Assembly: GCA_963748215.1 (NCBI GenBank) | Contig: CAVVHS010000008.1 | Location: 1-64,000, forward strand | Source of the DNA: an uncultured Gammaproteobacteria bacterium | Lineage (GTDB): Bacteria > Pseudomonadota > Gammaproteobacteria > UBA9214 | Length of the DNA: 64,000 nucleotides | Direction: 5' to 3' | Shown: one piece after another, positions 29,537 to 38,828 of the stretch | Layout: each line of letters begins with the position of its first letter | How positions within the stretch are numbered: the first letter of the stretch is position 1 | Position numbers and translations under genes: made by a program | The notes under the pieces: model-generated | Database searches by the model: none | Told to the model about the DNA's origin: nothing | What the model saw: the letters and a program-made list of their open reading frames with translations, nothing else

Positions 29537-30826
29537 ATGAGTTCACAGACCGCAAGGTTCCCCGAGGACATTGCCCGCCGCAATTACTATCGACTGTTCA
29601 TGCTGCGCAATGCCGAGATCGTGCTGATTACGCTCGGCCTGGCGGTCGCGACCGTCTATTTCAAACAGCAGCTGCCGCTGCCGCCATTGCTGGTTACACT
29701 CGCCCTGATCACCAGCCTGAACATCTACACCTGGCTGCGCCTCGCAGCCGGTCAAAGCTACAGCAACAACGAAATCTTCATCCTGATGCTGCTCGACGTG
29801 ACCGGGTTGACCGCCGTCTTCTTCTTTACCGGCGGCGCCTCGAATCCGTTTGTCTGGTTCTACCTGCTGCCGTTGATGATCGCCGCCACCATCCTGCCAC
29901 GAGGTCACACCTGGACCATGGCCGCCGTTACCGTGCTGTGTTACTCGGCCCTGTTCCTGATCGACACGCCCGCCAACGGCGAACACGTCCATCACCATGC
30001 GGAAGGTTTTCAGATGCATGTGTTCGGCATGTGGCTCGGGTTTGTGATGAGTGCCGGTTTCGTTGCCGTGATTATCGTGGGCATGGCGTACAGCCTGCGC
30101 GAGCGCGACCAAAAACTCGCCGAGGCACGCGAGCAGGCGCTGAAGAACGAGCGGCTGGTGGCACTCGGCACACTGGCCGCCGGCACGGCACACGAACTGG
30201 GCACGCCGCTAGGCACCATGGCCATCCTCACCGCGGAATTGCAGCAGGACTATGCCGGCGAGGACAACAGCGGGCTGCAGAGGAAACTCGCTATCCTGCA
30301 GCGCCAGATAGAACGCTGCAAGGAAGCGCTGTCGGGCCTGTCGTCCAGCGTCGGTGCCGGGCGCGCGGAATCCGGCCACCGCATGAAGGTGGCAAGCTAC
30401 CTCGACGCGGTGATCGCGGAATGGCGCGAGCAACATCCCGCGGCGCAGCTGGCCCTGCAGATCGGGGATGGCGCGCCGGACGCCGATATCATCGCGGAAC
30501 GCACGCTGACCCAGGCGCTGATCAACGTGCTCGACAATGCGGCCGACGCCTCGCCTGATCACGTCAAGCTGAACGCCACCTGGACAGAGGCCGAGCTGGC
30601 ACTCAATATATCCGACCGGGGTCCGGGCCTGAGCACAGAGCTGATCGCCCGTCTCGGCAAGCAGCCGATCAGCACCAAGCAGGAAGGGCTCGGCGTCGGG
30701 CTGTTTCTGTCACACGCCACCATCGAGCGACTCGGCGGCAGGCTGTCCATCAGCAACCGTGAACAGGGCGGCACCCTGATCAGCATCGTGCTGCCGTTGC
30801 TGGCAAACCGGGACCACAGGGCATGA
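29537..30826 (+). CDS. regB: RegB/PrrB/ActS-family redox sensor histidine kinase
   Basis: TM region with GGASNPF (GGxxNPF quinone-site motif), AAGTAHELGTPL H-box, QIERCK, DRGPG, GLGVGL. Confidence 0.93.
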   Translation: MSSQTARFPEDIARRNYYRLFMLRNAEIVLITLGLAVATVYFKQQLPLPPLLVTLALITSLNIYTWLRLAAGQSYSNNEIFILMLLDVTGLTAVFFFTGGASNPFVWFYLLPLMIAATILPRGHTWTMAAVTVLCYSALFLIDTPANGEHVHHHAEGFQMHVFGMWLGFVMSAGFVAVIIVGMAYSLRERDQKLAEAREQALKNERLVALGTLAAGTAHELGTPLGTMAILTAELQQDYAGEDNSGLQRKLAILQRQIERCKEALSGLSSSVGAGRAESGHRMKVASYLDAVIAEWREQHPAAQLALQIGDGAPDADIIAERTLTQALINVLDNAADASPDHVKLNATWTEAELALNISDRGPGLSTELIARLGKQPISTKQEGLGVGLFLSHATIERLGGRLSISNREQGGTLISIVLPLLANRDHRA

Positions 30827-31383
30827 ACATGGCAAGCGAACAAACACCATCCGAGCTGCCGGCGCTGCTGCTGGTGGACGACGACGAGGTCTACTGCGAA
30901 GTGCTCGGCGATGCACTGTCCAGACGCGGCTACGCGGTCACCGTCGCCCACAACCTGGCGGATGCCCTGCAACAGGCGCGCGACAACGAGCCCGAGTATG
31001 CCGTGGTCGATTTGCGCATCGGCACCGATTCCGGCCTGGAACTGGTCAGGCAGCTGTCAGCGCTGGACGAGAACACCCGCATCGTGATGCTGACCGGCTA
31101 CGCCAGCGTGGCCACCGCGGTGGAATCCATCAAGCTGGGCGCCGTGCACTATCTCACCAAGCCCGCCACCGCCGACGAAGTGGTCGCCGCCCTGCACCGC
31201 GATGAGGGCGACAGCAGCGTCGCACCGGCAGGAGCGCCGCTGTCCGTCAGGCGCCTGGAATGGGAACACCTGCAAAAGGTTCTGACCGAACACAACGGCA
31301 ACATCTCGGCCGCGGCCCGTGCACTGAACATGCACCGCAGGACGCTGCAGCGCAAACTGGCGAAGAAACCGGTGAAGGAGTAA
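30823..31383 (+). CDS. regA: RegA/PrrA/ActR-family response regulator
   Basis: Receiver domain, LTGYASVATAV, WEHLQKVL...NISAAARALNMHRRTLQRKLAK. Confidence 0.96.
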   Translation: MNMASEQTPSELPALLLVDDDEVYCEVLGDALSRRGYAVTVAHNLADALQQARDNEPEYAVVDLRIGTDSGLELVRQLSALDENTRIVMLTGYASVATAVESIKLGAVHYLTKPATADEVVAALHRDEGDSSVAPAGAPLSVRRLEWEHLQKVLTEHNGNISAAARALNMHRRTLQRKLAKKPVKE

Positions 31384-31414
31384 CCCGCCCTCGAACACCG
31401 ATACACGAATCGTT

Positions 31415-31516
31415 CGCGCATGAGATGCGCTCCTACAGGTGTGTCAATTCATGTGTAGGAGCGCTTCGCAAGCGCGAGCTTGTTTCGAAAATATCGCGGA
31501 TGAGATCCGCTCCTGC
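31415..31516. repeat. GTAGGAGCG-family REP cluster between convergent genes
   Basis: TCGCGCATGAGATGCGCTCCTAC, GTAGGAGCGCTTCGCAAGCGCGA, TCGCGGATGAGATCCGCTCCTGC. Confidence 0.8.
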
Positions 31517-31570
31517 AGGAGCCTCTATAGCGGGTATGAGCGCGAATAAGATGATCTATTTCGTCACGGA

Positions 31571-32461
31571 TCAGCTCACCGGGTTGCGCAGCTGCCCGAC
31601 GCCGGTCACCTCGACCACCACCTCGTCACCCGCCTGCAGGTATTTTGGCGGCGAGAAGCCCATACCGACGCCGGCGGGCGTACCGGTCGCGATGATGTCG
31701 CCCGGCAGCAGGGTCATGCCGGCCGAGAGAACCGAGATAATCGTCGGTACATCGAAGATCAGCCTGTCGAAGCGTGCGCACTGGCGCTGTTCGCCGTTGA
31801 CGTAACATTTCACCTCGATGTCTTTCACTTCCGGCATCGCACTGCGGTGCACCACGACCGGGCCCATGGGCGCGAAGCCGTCGAGGCTCTTGGCACGAAA
31901 CCATTGCAGGTGGTCCTTCTGCAGGTCACGCGCAGAGATGTCATTGATCGCGGTATAGCCGAACACGTGCTCCCACGCCTGTTCCGGCGCGATATCGCGC
32001 CCGCCGCGGCCGATGATGAGCGCGAGCTCGGCCTCGTAATCGAGTTTGCGCGTGAACTGCGGGTAGCTGGGGATCGACGCACCGGGCGCGATCACGGCCG
32101 TGGTCGCCTTGGTGAAGATGATCGGTTTTGCCGGCGCATCGGCAGAGGTATGCATCTTCTGCGCGACTTCCTGAGCATGCTCCAGGTAGTTCTTGCCCAG
32201 ACAGAGAATGTTGCGTACCGGCACCGGGATCGGCGCCTGCGGCCTGACCTCGTCAAAGGCGCGCGCGGCGATCCCCTGCTGCGACGCCTGTTGCGCCAGG
32301 GCGAACACGGCGGCGGCCGCGGCATCGCCGGCTGTTACCAGTTCGGCCAGCGTGCCAGGCGCCGTGCCGGCCTGCAATGCCGCGGTGGCGGCCGGGATGT
32401 CGATGACCGTGGCATCGAGCAGGACACCGAGCTGACCGGCTTCAAGGGTGAGAAATTTCAT
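31571..32461 (-). CDS. Fumarylacetoacetate hydrolase family protein
   Basis: CLGKNY, DYEAEL, NDISARD, AKSLDGF, IATGTPAGVG. Confidence 0.95.
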   Translation of the reverse strand: MKFLTLEAGQLGVLLDATVIDIPAATAALQAGTAPGTLAELVTAGDAAAAAVFALAQQASQQGIAARAFDEVRPQAPIPVPVRNILCLGKNYLEHAQEVAQKMHTSADAPAKPIIFTKATTAVIAPGASIPSYPQFTRKLDYEAELALIIGRGGRDIAPEQAWEHVFGYTAINDISARDLQKDHLQWFRAKSLDGFAPMGPVVVHRSAMPEVKDIEVKCYVNGEQRQCARFDRLIFDVPTIISVLSAGMTLLPGDIIATGTPAGVGMGFSPPKYLQAGDEVVVEVTGVGQLRNPVS

Positions 32462-32537
32462 GACATGCAAGGGCCGGTGATGTGATCGATCATCGGACTG
32501 TCCCTAGAGCGGACCTGGCGCATTCAGCACGCTGGTA

Positions 32538-32698
32538 ATGGCCACGGAACCACACGGAAAAAGACTGACAAAATTTTCCGGGACAGGCAGGAGCAACCCG
32601 TTCAGTCCGGCAGAGTACCGTACATGGCCCGGCGTATGAAGGCCCTTTGTTATTATCATTTTTATTTTTCCGTGTTCTTCCGTGGATTCCGTGGCCAT
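32538..32698. repeat. Inverted GCCACGGAA/TTCCGTGGC repeat element
   Basis: ATGGCCACGGAACCACACGGAA...TTCCGTGTTCTTCCGTGGATTCCGTGGCCAT enclosing a unique spacer. Confidence 0.82.
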
Positions 32699-32714
32699 TA
32701 TAATTTAGGGCCGT

Positions 32715-33557
32715 TTATTCAAATGTATTGCAGGCGCTCGCATCGCCCTGCGACATGCCCTGCCTGAACCAGTGCACGCGCTGTTCCGAGCTGCCGTGCG
32801 TGAACGACTCCGGCACCACGTAGCCCTGGCTTTCCTTTTGCAGGCGGTCATCGCCGATGGCCGTGGCCGCGTTCAGCGCCTCCTCGATATCACCTTCCTC
32901 CAGCACCTGCCGGCTGCGATCGGCATGGTTGCCCCACACACCGGCAAAGCAGTCGGCCTGCAATTCGAGTTTCACCGACAGGGTGTTGGCATCCGCCTTG
33001 CCGAGACCCTGTTGTGCGCTGCGCACCTGGTCGCTGGTACCGAGCAGCTTCTGCACATGGTGACCGACCTCGTGCGCGATCACGTAGGCCTGGGCGAAAT
33101 CGCCGGGCGCGCCGTGGCGGCGCTTGAGATCGCCGAAAAAAGCCAGGTCGATATAGACCTTGCGGTCGGCCGGGCAGTAGAACGGGCCCATGGCCGCACT
33201 GGCCATACCACAGGCCGAACGCACCGACCCGGAAAACAGTACCAGCCCGGGTTCCTCGTAGCTGAGCCCGGCCTTCTGGAAGATCGCATGCCAGGTATCC
33301 TCGGTATCCGCCAGCACCACCGACACGAAATCGGCCTGTTCCTGCTCCTCGGCGGTAGGCTGATAGGGCTCGCCCGTTTCCGCCGGCCCGAAACCCTGCG
33401 TGAGCTGCAGCAGGACACTCGGATCGATACCGAGGAAGTAACCCAGCGCCAGGGCGATGACAATCGTCCCGACACCGCCCTTGAAGGCACCGACCCCTGC
33501 ACGGCTGCCCCGCCGGTCCTCGATATTGCTGCTTCTGCGGCCTGTTCTCCAGCGCAT
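32715..33557 (-). CDS. ypfJ: Neutral zinc metallopeptidase (YpfJ/KPN_02809 family)
   Basis: MRW...SSNIEDRR, GPFYCPAD, AHEVGHHVQ, ELQADCFAG, FTHGSSEQR. Confidence 0.93.
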   Translation of the reverse strand: MRWRTGRRSSNIEDRRGSRAGVGAFKGGVGTIVIALALGYFLGIDPSVLLQLTQGFGPAETGEPYQPTAEEQEQADFVSVVLADTEDTWHAIFQKAGLSYEEPGLVLFSGSVRSACGMASAAMGPFYCPADRKVYIDLAFFGDLKRRHGAPGDFAQAYVIAHEVGHHVQKLLGTSDQVRSAQQGLGKADANTLSVKLELQADCFAGVWGNHADRSRQVLEEGDIEEALNAATAIGDDRLQKESQGYVVPESFTHGSSEQRVHWFRQGMSQGDASACNTFE

Positions 33558-33674
33558 GTCACATCCCTCGTAGTCAGCGTCGTATTATAGTGCAACTCGC
33601 ACAATCCCGGTCCAGACTTCCCTCCCCGGGCATTGACCGTTGTCTGACCACGGTTTTTGCGTCACTATTGACGC

Positions 33675-34382
33675 ATGGAAACCACGCCGGAAGCCATCGA
33701 GCCCGATCAGCCGCGCCGCCGCAGCGGCTGGACGATCTTCCTCATTGTACTGATCACCATCCTGGTCACGGCCGCGCTGTCGTACTGGGTGATCCGCACC
33801 TATATCTTTCCCGCCGAGTTCAAGCCGGTGGAGCTGTCCCAGAAGGAAGAGCGAGTGCTGGAAGATAAACTCGCGCGCCTGGACAACCTGCAAACACGGC
33901 GCACCCGCGGCCAGGCCAAGGCGCAGGAAGAACGCGCCGGGGCAGACGCCGAAGTCCTCCAGCCCGAGGCCTACAGCGAGGAAGGGGCCGACCGCAGCAT
34001 CACCCTCTCCGAGCGCGAAGTGAATTCACTGCTGGCGAAGAATACCGACCTGGCGAAGAAGCTCGCCATCGACCTGTCCGAGGGCCTGGTGAGCGCCAAG
34101 CTGCTGGTGCACGTAGACCCGGATTTTCCGATCCTCGCCGGGCAGATCATCAAGGTGCGCGCCGGCGTGGAGACGGCCTATCGCAACGGCCGGCCCATCG
34201 TGATCCTCAAGGGGGTCAGCATCATGGGCGTACCGATACCGAACGCCTGGCTCGGCGGCCTGAAGAACATCGACCTGGTCGAACAGTACGGCGGCAATTC
34301 CGGCTTCTGGAAGGCGTTCGCCGACGGCGTCGACAACATCGAAGTTCACGACGGCACCCTTCGGCTGGTACTGAAGGAATAA
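33675..34382 (+). CDS. Conserved hypothetical membrane-anchored protein
   Basis: Single N-terminal TM, GVPIPNAWLGGLKNIDL; GC3-rich codon usage. Confidence 0.82.
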   Translation: METTPEAIEPDQPRRRSGWTIFLIVLITILVTAALSYWVIRTYIFPAEFKPVELSQKEERVLEDKLARLDNLQTRRTRGQAKAQEERAGADAEVLQPEAYSEEGADRSITLSEREVNSLLAKNTDLAKKLAIDLSEGLVSAKLLVHVDPDFPILAGQIIKVRAGVETAYRNGRPIVILKGVSIMGVPIPNAWLGGLKNIDLVEQYGGNSGFWKAFADGVDNIEVHDGTLRLVLKE

Positions 34383-34442
34383 CCCGTATTCAGCGTGCCG
34401 CGCACACCGCGCCGGCAAGCAACCGCCAGGATTCACACCGGT

Positions 34443-35726
34443 ATGCAAATGAAAACATTTGGTCCGGCCATCATTGTTGTACTCGCCGGCCTGGTCATCG
34501 CCTGGCAGTTCGTCAATCCCGCCCCACCCCGCAGCATCACCATCGCCACCGGTCAGCCGAATGGCGCCTACTACCTGTTCGCAACGCGCTACCGCGAGCG
34601 GCTGGCCGGGCTGGGCATAACCCTGGATATTCGCGAAAGCGCCGGCTCGGTCGAGAATATCGCCCTGCTGCAGGCGCCGGACGCAGCGGTCGACCTGGCC
34701 TTCGTGCAGGGCGGCACCGGTGACCGGTCCTCAGCGGCTGCACTCAAGTCACTGGGCAGTCTGTACTTCGAACCGCTATGGTTATTCTACCGCGAGCCAA
34801 AGACCGACCGGCTGACCGACCGGCTGACCGACCTGGCGGGCATGCGCACCGCGATCGGCGAACCCGGCAGTGGCACGCGCCGCATCACGCTGACCCTGCT
34901 GGCGGACAATTTCATCGATGCCGGTGCCGACACCATCCTGCCGCTCGGTGGGCAGGCCGCCGCCGATGCGCTGCTCGATGGCAGTATCGACGCGGCGTTT
35001 TTCGTCGCCTCACCCGAGGCACCGGTGGTACAGCGCCTGCTGCACCGGCCCGACATCCGGCTGCTGTCGTTCGCGCGCGCCGCGGCCTATGTGCAAACCC
35101 ATCACTACCTGTCCGCCGTCACGCTGCCGGAAGGCATTATCGACCTGCAGGCCAACATCCCGGCACGCGACACCACCCTGCTCGCCCCCACCGCGAACCT
35201 GGTTGCGCGCGCGGACTTCCACCCCGCCCTGATCAGCCTGCTGCTGCAGATCGTCAGCGACATGCATCGCCACGGCAGCCTGTTCTCGCAGCCCGGCGAA
35301 TTTCCCAATGCACAACACCTGGAATACCCGCTCGACAAGACTGCCGAACGCTTCTACAAGTACGGTCCACCACTGCTGCAGCGCTACCTGCCGTTCTGGA
35401 CCGCCGACCTGGTCGATCGCATGAAGGTCATGCTGGTGCCGCTGCTGACGCTGCTGTTCCCGCTGATAAAGATAATGCCGCCCGTGTACCGCTGGCGTGT
35501 GCGCAAGAAGATCTACCGCTGGTATCGCTTGCTGCGCAAACTGGAAACCGGCGACAGCGCGGCACTGGACGGAAAGCGGCGTGATGAACTGCTGCGGCAG
35601 CTCCAGTCGATTGACGACGATGTGCGCAAGCTGCACGTGCCGCTGTCCTACTCGGACGAACTCTACAACCTGCGCCTGCACATCGACATGGTGCGGAAGA
35701 AACTGCTGGCGACAGCCAGGCCCTGA
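34443..35726 (+). CDS. TAXI-family TRAP solute-binding-type protein with C-terminal TM/helical extension
   Basis: IATGQPNGAY, SAGSVENI, AFVQGG, YFEPLW, GEPGSGT; start uncertain. Confidence 0.88.
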   Translation: MQMKTFGPAIIVVLAGLVIAWQFVNPAPPRSITIATGQPNGAYYLFATRYRERLAGLGITLDIRESAGSVENIALLQAPDAAVDLAFVQGGTGDRSSAAALKSLGSLYFEPLWLFYREPKTDRLTDRLTDLAGMRTAIGEPGSGTRRITLTLLADNFIDAGADTILPLGGQAAADALLDGSIDAAFFVASPEAPVVQRLLHRPDIRLLSFARAAAYVQTHHYLSAVTLPEGIIDLQANIPARDTTLLAPTANLVARADFHPALISLLLQIVSDMHRHGSLFSQPGEFPNAQHLEYPLDKTAERFYKYGPPLLQRYLPFWTADLVDRMKVMLVPLLTLLFPLIKIMPPVYRWRVRKKIYRWYRLLRKLETGDSAALDGKRRDELLRQLQSIDDDVRKLHVPLSYSDELYNLRLHIDMVRKKLLATARP

Positions 35727-35810
35727 TCGTTGACCGGGGTCAGATCCTCATTCCTGCTTATATGGGTTACCAGGACCTGACCCACGTTTTCCTGAAATAA
35801 GGGTAATGAC

Positions 35811-36098
35811 CTACTCAACCAGAAATTGCAGTCGTGCATCGGATTTTGCAGGCGTGATCTCGAGGATTTCCGCGCTTACTACATTATGGGCCACAAACGG
35901 ATCATCATTTACTCTGGCCTGCAGGTCAGTCAGTGACGTATTGTGAGCGACAATCCCGCCACCCAGGCTGGGCTGAAGACTGCCGGCCAGCAAAAATACG
36001 TCGTCATCAAAACCGCATTTTATCCATTCGTTGTGGCCCTTCATAAAGTCACTTGCCTGTCTTTTATTGTCGGAAAATTTCAGCAGTACGATAAACAT
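35811..36098 (-). CDS. YciI-like protein (probable gene cassette)
   Basis: H..WIK.GF...FLLAGSL...GGG...VNDDPF; lower GC. Confidence 0.85.
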   Translation of the reverse strand: MFIVLLKFSDNKRQASDFMKGHNEWIKCGFDDDVFLLAGSLQPSLGGGIVAHNTSLTDLQARVNDDPFVAHNVVSAEILEITPAKSDARLQFLVE

Positions 36099-36164
36099 CG
36101 GATGAATTCTACTCTTGACTTGAAATGGCGTGTAAATTCAACCCTAATTCGTTTATGCCAATTG

Positions 36165-36237
36165 CCCTGACGATAGCATTAACCGGCCGAAGGGGTGCGC
36201 AGCGGCCCGAACTACCTTGTTGAATGGATAGTTCGGC
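36165..36237 (-). other. Degenerate attC site
   Basis: Minus strand GCCGAAC (R'') TATCCATTCAAC...GGTTAATGCTATC GTCAGGG (R') between the SRPBCC and yciI-like genes. Confidence 0.55.
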
Positions 36238-36253
36238 ACTGGACGCACGTTGA

Positions 36254-36688
36254 TTACTGCCGAATTTCGGGCTCAATGAGTTTTTCGGGTAAAACGAACG
36301 ACTCCTGCCACCCGAGATAACACATTTCGTCAGGAATACCTTCCTGCACGACATTCAACCCGATTCCACACGAGATAGTCTTCAAAGACACTGTCGCGTT
36401 TATGATGCCGGGAAGGCTGGGATCCTCGAATTGATCTGTGTAGCGGTTCAGTTCGTTTGGCACCAGTTCCAGGTATTCACCACCGAAGGCATGGCTCTGT
36501 TGGGTTGTGTAATTTGTGAATGACATTCTGAATGTCCCGCCAACTCGTGCATCGATGCGGTGCACCTTTCCGGTAAAGCCGTTCGAAGGAAGCCACTTGA
36601 CCATCGCGTCAGCATCGAGGGATGCGCGATATACCCGTTCGGGTGGCGCACGGAAAACACGGTGGAGACGAACAGTGTTGGTGGCCAT
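36254..36688 (-). CDS. SRPBCC/AHSA1-family protein, possibly decaying (cassette)
   Basis: VRLHRVFRAPPERVY, GGTFRMSF, GGEYLELVP, MCYLGWQES; the upstream ORF extension is MITE-derived. Confidence 0.82.
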   Translation of the reverse strand: MATNTVRLHRVFRAPPERVYRASLDADAMVKWLPSNGFTGKVHRIDARVGGTFRMSFTNYTTQQSHAFGGEYLELVPNELNRYTDQFEDPSLPGIINATVSLKTISCGIGLNVVQEGIPDEMCYLGWQESFVLPEKLIEPEIRQ

Positions 36689-36751
36689 GAATATTCTCAC
36701 CTTCGCGTGCTGGATTACAGCGCCTGCTTCCACAAAACATTTTGAAAACGC

Positions 36752-36867
36752 TAAGGAATCTCTGATTAATTCGTCATGCCGGCGAAAGCCGGCATCCAGG
36801 CTATTGAAAACACTGGATCCCGGCATGCCTCGGGATGACGATGAGTGAATTAATCAGACGTTCCCTA
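36752..36867. mobile_element. MITE-like palindromic element, copy 2
   Basis: TIRs AGGAATCTCTGATTAATT/AATTAATCAGACGTTCCCT flanked by TA; near-identical to 420-533. Confidence 0.8.
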
Positions 36868-36882
36868 ACTTATTCCCGCAGG

Positions 36883-36937
36883 CGCCCCACGTTTTCCATA
36901 ACCGGCGCTTTTGCGCATGTGCAACCGTTTGTTATGT
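36883..36937 (-). other. Degenerate or shortened attC site
   Basis: Minus strand ACATAAC (R'') AAACGGTTGCAC...GCGCCGGTTATGGAAAAC GTGGGGC. Confidence 0.5.
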
Positions 36938-36952
36938 CGTGGCACTCAATTT

Positions 36953-37324
36953 CTAAACGAAAGCATAGATAAGAAACCCGCCGAATGCTGCTGCAAAGAC
37001 ACCGCCAACACGAGCAAACGGCTTTAAACCAGATAGCGCCCAGGACATTAACCGGTAAAAGTTGTGGCGTCCCATTACAGCTAGAGCAAAAGCGGCGACA
37101 ATAGAGAACCAACCAAGAATTTCAATTACTAACGGATACTTCGATAGACTGTTTTGAGTTATCAGTAAAACGCCAATAATCAGTCTCACTACAACAGCAA
37201 GAATATGTATTGCCAGCTTATCAATGTTAGTTCGCAGATATCCGAATATAACTTCCGGGTTTATTACGATTACCACTCCAGCCAGTAGAATCAGTGCGCC
37301 GAATATAATTATCAATGCGGTCAT
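36953..37324 (-). CDS. Small 4-TM membrane protein (cassette)
   Basis: Hydrophobic AT-rich ORF starting MTALIIIFG, bounded by attC-like sites. Confidence 0.78.
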   Translation of the reverse strand: MTALIIIFGALILLAGVVIVINPEVIFGYLRTNIDKLAIHILAVVVRLIIGVLLITQNSLSKYPLVIEILGWFSIVAAFALAVMGRHNFYRLMSWALSGLKPFARVGGVFAAAFGGFLIYAFV

Positions 37325-37344
37325 AATCTGTTTTTCTAGGGAAA

Positions 37345-37418
37345 CATCACGTTGGAACTCTGCCGCTGCCGAAGGAGCGCTAGCGACGAAGGCAGTCGGC
37401 AGGAGTGACTTGTATGGC
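37345..37418 (-). other. Degenerate attC site
   Basis: Minus strand GCCATAC AAGTCACTCCTGCCGACTGCC...GGCAGCGGCAGAGTTCCAAC GTGATGT; imperfect palindrome between the stop and the next start. Confidence 0.6.
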
Positions 37419-37424
37419 GTCACT

Positions 37425-37805
37425 TTATATCACTTTTAAAATGAACACCTCTGAAAAAAGTGGCAGTGAGACCTCACACCCTGAACCTTGGGAGCTCTCT
37501 AATACTGTTTCCATATGATACATGTTACCTTCCACATACTCTTCACACACAGATTCCGAGTTATTTTCATCTCCATAACTAACCTTGTATGTCGCATCAC
37601 CGGATTTTGGAAGGAATATGAATCGACTTTCCCCAGGAAGCAGATCTCCTAACTTGGTTTTCTTATCATCAACATGCACGATTACGGAACTTATTGCATC
37701 TGTCCCTCCATTTGTTATGCGTGCCGTTGAATTAGCAAGCCAAATAAGATTTGGCGCAAATATGCAGACAGCCAAGATGAAAATAATGAGTGCAGTTGTC
37801 TTCAC
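37425..37805 (-). CDS. Hypothetical exported protein (cassette)
   Basis: GTG start a few nt after the attC R', N-terminal hydrophobic segment, AT-rich. Confidence 0.72.
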   Translation of the reverse strand: MKTTALIIFILAVCIFAPNLIWLANSTARITNGGTDAISSVIVHVDDKKTKLGDLLPGESRFIFLPKSGDATYKVSYGDENNSESVCEEYVEGNMYHMETVLESSQGSGCEVSLPLFSEVFILKVI

Positions 37806-37814
37806 GTTCTAAGC

Positions 37815-37898
37815 ATATAACGTTTGAGTTGAGGGGCTGGGCGCCGCAGGCGGCCAGCCCCAGTGAGCGAAGCGAACGACTCGAACGATGGGTTAGGC
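37815..37898 (-). other. attC site (best preserved)
   Basis: Minus strand GCCTAAC CCATCGTTCGAG...GGGGCTGGCCGCC-TG-CGGCGCCCAGCCCC-TCAACTCAAAC GTTATAT. Confidence 0.82.
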
Positions 37899-37905
37899 GT
37901 TGTCT

Positions 37906-38505
37906 TCATTTGACAAAGAATGCTTCAGCTTTCTTTACGACCTCGGCGTAGTAGTTGAGGGCAGCCTCTGCCGTAGCTGGAAGATCCTCGGGGTTAATGG
38001 AGCTTCCATTGTGGGCGGTGGGCACTTCGTATGTTCGCCCTCGGTTCACGACACGTGACATTCTGGCTCTCGCCGGTTCGAATTCGAACTTGAGAGGTTG
38101 CTTAGAGCGAACGTGAATGCCACGTTCGTTAGACCGGATTTCAAGACGCTCGATAAGGACCGAACCGTCGGGCTGCAGACCGACGCCATCTGCGAGGCCT
38201 ATTCCAACACCACCGGGTTTTCGCTCGGTAATTTCATTGACTGTGTGCTCTTCCGCACCACGGGCGTTGCAGAGGTAAGCAAGAAGAGGATCTTTCCGAC
38301 GGAACTCCTCGACGGGAGCAGCCCAATTGCCAAACTTTGGGCTTCTCCCGTAGTGCGCCTTTGTCTTGTTCAATACCCGCTCGATCCGGTGCAAGAAATC
38401 TTTCCAGTGTTCTTCGAACTCGTCAAGGGAGGCGGCTGACCTCATGCACGCGATCGCCTCGCCCGCGCGCTCAAGCTCTGCATGTGGGGCTTTGGAAGGT
38501 TGCAT
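37906..38505 (-). CDS. Hypothetical cassette protein with RxxxxH (HEPN-like) motif
   Basis: YLCNARGAEEH; bounded by GTCGGGCGTT upstream and AACGCCTAAC downstream. Confidence 0.72.
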   Translation of the reverse strand: MQPSKAPHAELERAGEAIACMRSAASLDEFEEHWKDFLHRIERVLNKTKAHYGRSPKFGNWAAPVEEFRRKDPLLAYLCNARGAEEHTVNEITERKPGGVGIGLADGVGLQPDGSVLIERLEIRSNERGIHVRSKQPLKFEFEPARARMSRVVNRGRTYEVPTAHNGSSINPEDLPATAEAALNYYAEVVKKAEAFFVK

Positions 38506-38828
38506 GCTTCAAAAGACCTAGCAGTGAGTAGAGCACGATATTCGTGCAAAACAATGCGTGAACGCCCGACACTTGTTACCGCACTTCTCGATTTATCAAC
38601 GCCTTATACCGGAATCACCCTGAACAGGCCGATGCAAACGATGAATGGCCTTGCCTGCACTATATTCCGACTATACGACCACGCTGACCTCATGCGATAG
38701 AATAAAAGGCTAGTGGGATTTCTGGCAGAACGAGGGCAGTGATAGCTGGAAACAGACCTTGCGCAAGACATCCATGCTATTCATTGTGTCTATGCGTCCT
38801 GGCGCGAGATGCTTACTGAATAACACCA

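Noticed and set aside
38600-38828. Integron integrase remnant
   Set aside because: No tyrosine-recombinase motifs were recognisable in the short ORFs here
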